Part shown: in pieces, positions 62,438 to 63,761 of the stretch | Layout of the letters: the number at the start of each line of letters is the position of its first letter | Position numbering within the stretch: position 1 is the first letter of the stretch | Assembly: GCF_004010195.1 (NCBI RefSeq) | Contig: NC_057710.1 | Span: forward strand, 35,632,869-35,696,629 | Source: Chiloscyllium plagiosum | Taxonomy: Eukaryota | DNA: 63,761 bases | Direction: 5' to 3' | Program-made: the position numbers and the translations under genes | The notes under the pieces: model-generated | The model's database searches: none | What the model was told of the DNA's origin: nothing | The model's input: the letters and a program-made list of their open reading frames with translations, nothing else

Positions 62438-63114
62438 ATTGGAGGTCTGGAGCATTCCCAATTTTCATTATTCCACCATTTGACAGCCATATTTCCAGCT
62501 GTAAATAAAACCTATTTCTAAACTATTAGCCACCAAGCTTTTTTGTGGCTTAGCTAAGGTTTTGTTTCATAATTAGTCCTGTGAAGTGCCCATTACCAGT
62601 TATTAAAGGAAGAACAACTACCTTGTCACACCTGTGTGGTCTGCTTTAGGCTGACATTACATACCAAAGGATGAAGTTTAAATATAGTGACTAAACTACC
62701 CTCTTGTGTCACTGTAATCTGAGTAATAACCAAAACATTATCAGTCTCTAAATCCAAAGTTTAGCTAATAGCTATTTGCATTTATATTATGTGTTTTATG
62801 GTGTAGAAGAATGTTACAAGGCAATCTGCATTAGTATCAGCATCGAAAGATGGAGCATTTCAAAGGGCTAAAAGCTTGGCCAATGAGTTTGATTTTAAGG
62901 AATGAAGAGTAAAGGAACTAATTAGCAGAGAGTTTTAATGAGGGGTTTGCAGAATTCGGTTCTGTGCATGTGTATAAGTAGCCAGATGCAAAATTTGGAA
63001 GAAAGCAGAGGTGGGTTTTAGAGATGAAGCAAGTACAGAAGTAAGAAGAAATGAGACTTTGGATTTGAGCATGAGGCTACGAATGAATTTGTGTGTGAGG
63101 ATGAGAGGGTTAAA

Positions 63115-63761
63115 CATAGAAACATTAAACTGTGAAAAGTTACATCGGGAATAGGCCGTTCCATTCCTTGGATCTGCTCCTCTATTCAATAAGATCATGC
63201 TGGATTTTGATCATGGTCTCAACTCGGCATTCCTGCCTATTTCCTATAAGCTGTGACTCCCATAGTGATCAAACGTCTCCCTAACTCAGCCTTGAATGTA
63301 TATAGAACATAGAACATTACAACACAGTACAGGCCCTTCGGCCCTCGATGTTGCGCCGACTAGTCATACCAATCTGAAGCCCATCTAACCGACACTATTC
63401 CATGTACGTCCATATGCTTGTCCAATGATGACTTAAATGTACTTAAAGTTGGCGTTTCTACTACCATTGCAGGCAAAGCATTCCATACCCTTACTCCTCT
63501 CTGAGTAAAGAAACTACCTCTGACATCTGGCCTATATTTATCACCCCTCAATTTAATGCTATGCCCCCTCGTGCTCACCGTCACCAGACTTGGAAAAAGG
63601 CTCTCCCTGTCCACCCTATCTAGCCCTCTGATTATCTTATATGTCTCTATTAAGTCACCTCTCAACCTTCTTCTCTAACGAAAATAGCCTCAAGTCCCTC
63701 AGCCTTTCCTTGTAAGACCTTCCCTCCATACCAGGCAACATCCTAGTAAATCTCCTCTGCA
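63115..63761 (-). mobile_element. CR1 3' ends: older tail at 63115-63300 and a young copy from 63302 to the window end
   Basis: RGDLIETYKIIRGLDRV...FFTQRGVRVWNALP; tail (catagaa)n. Confidence 0.92.

Noticed and set aside
1695-63761. Next DCC exon (Ig2, LRFLSQTES-like)
   Set aside because: No matching peptide was seen in the ORF track or by eye; it presumably lies beyond the window.

Overview
Vertebrate genomic DNA, almost certainly a cartilaginous fish (inferred from HE1-type and Deu-domain SINEs, CR1/HER1-type LINEs and Penelope elements; a bamboo shark is a plausible guess). The only confidently identified host exon is the 321-bp Ig1 exon of the netrin receptor DCC (1374-1694, +). The rest is the following large intron, densely filled with transposable elements: CR1, L2/Crack-like and Rex1/Babar LINEs, tRNA-SINEs, Penelope-like elements (PLEs), a decayed Harbinger transposase and a Tigger-like MITE. 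Three assembly gaps all fall inside young repeats. The three most notable observations are: (1) a candidate antisense gene nested in the DCC intron, with two phase-compatible exons in non-repeat DNA (43403-43272 and 40781-40564, minus strand) encoding a peptide I cannot recognise; (2) at least five ~200-bp TSD-flanked foldback insertions made of two opposed PLE pseudo-LTRs, carrying minimal hammerhead-ribozyme cores and a constant ~35-nt arm asymmetry; (3) a ~600-bp inverted repeat whose arms duplicate non-PLE sequence together with a PLE end. Repeat boundaries are read by eye and are approximate unless a TSD is quoted.
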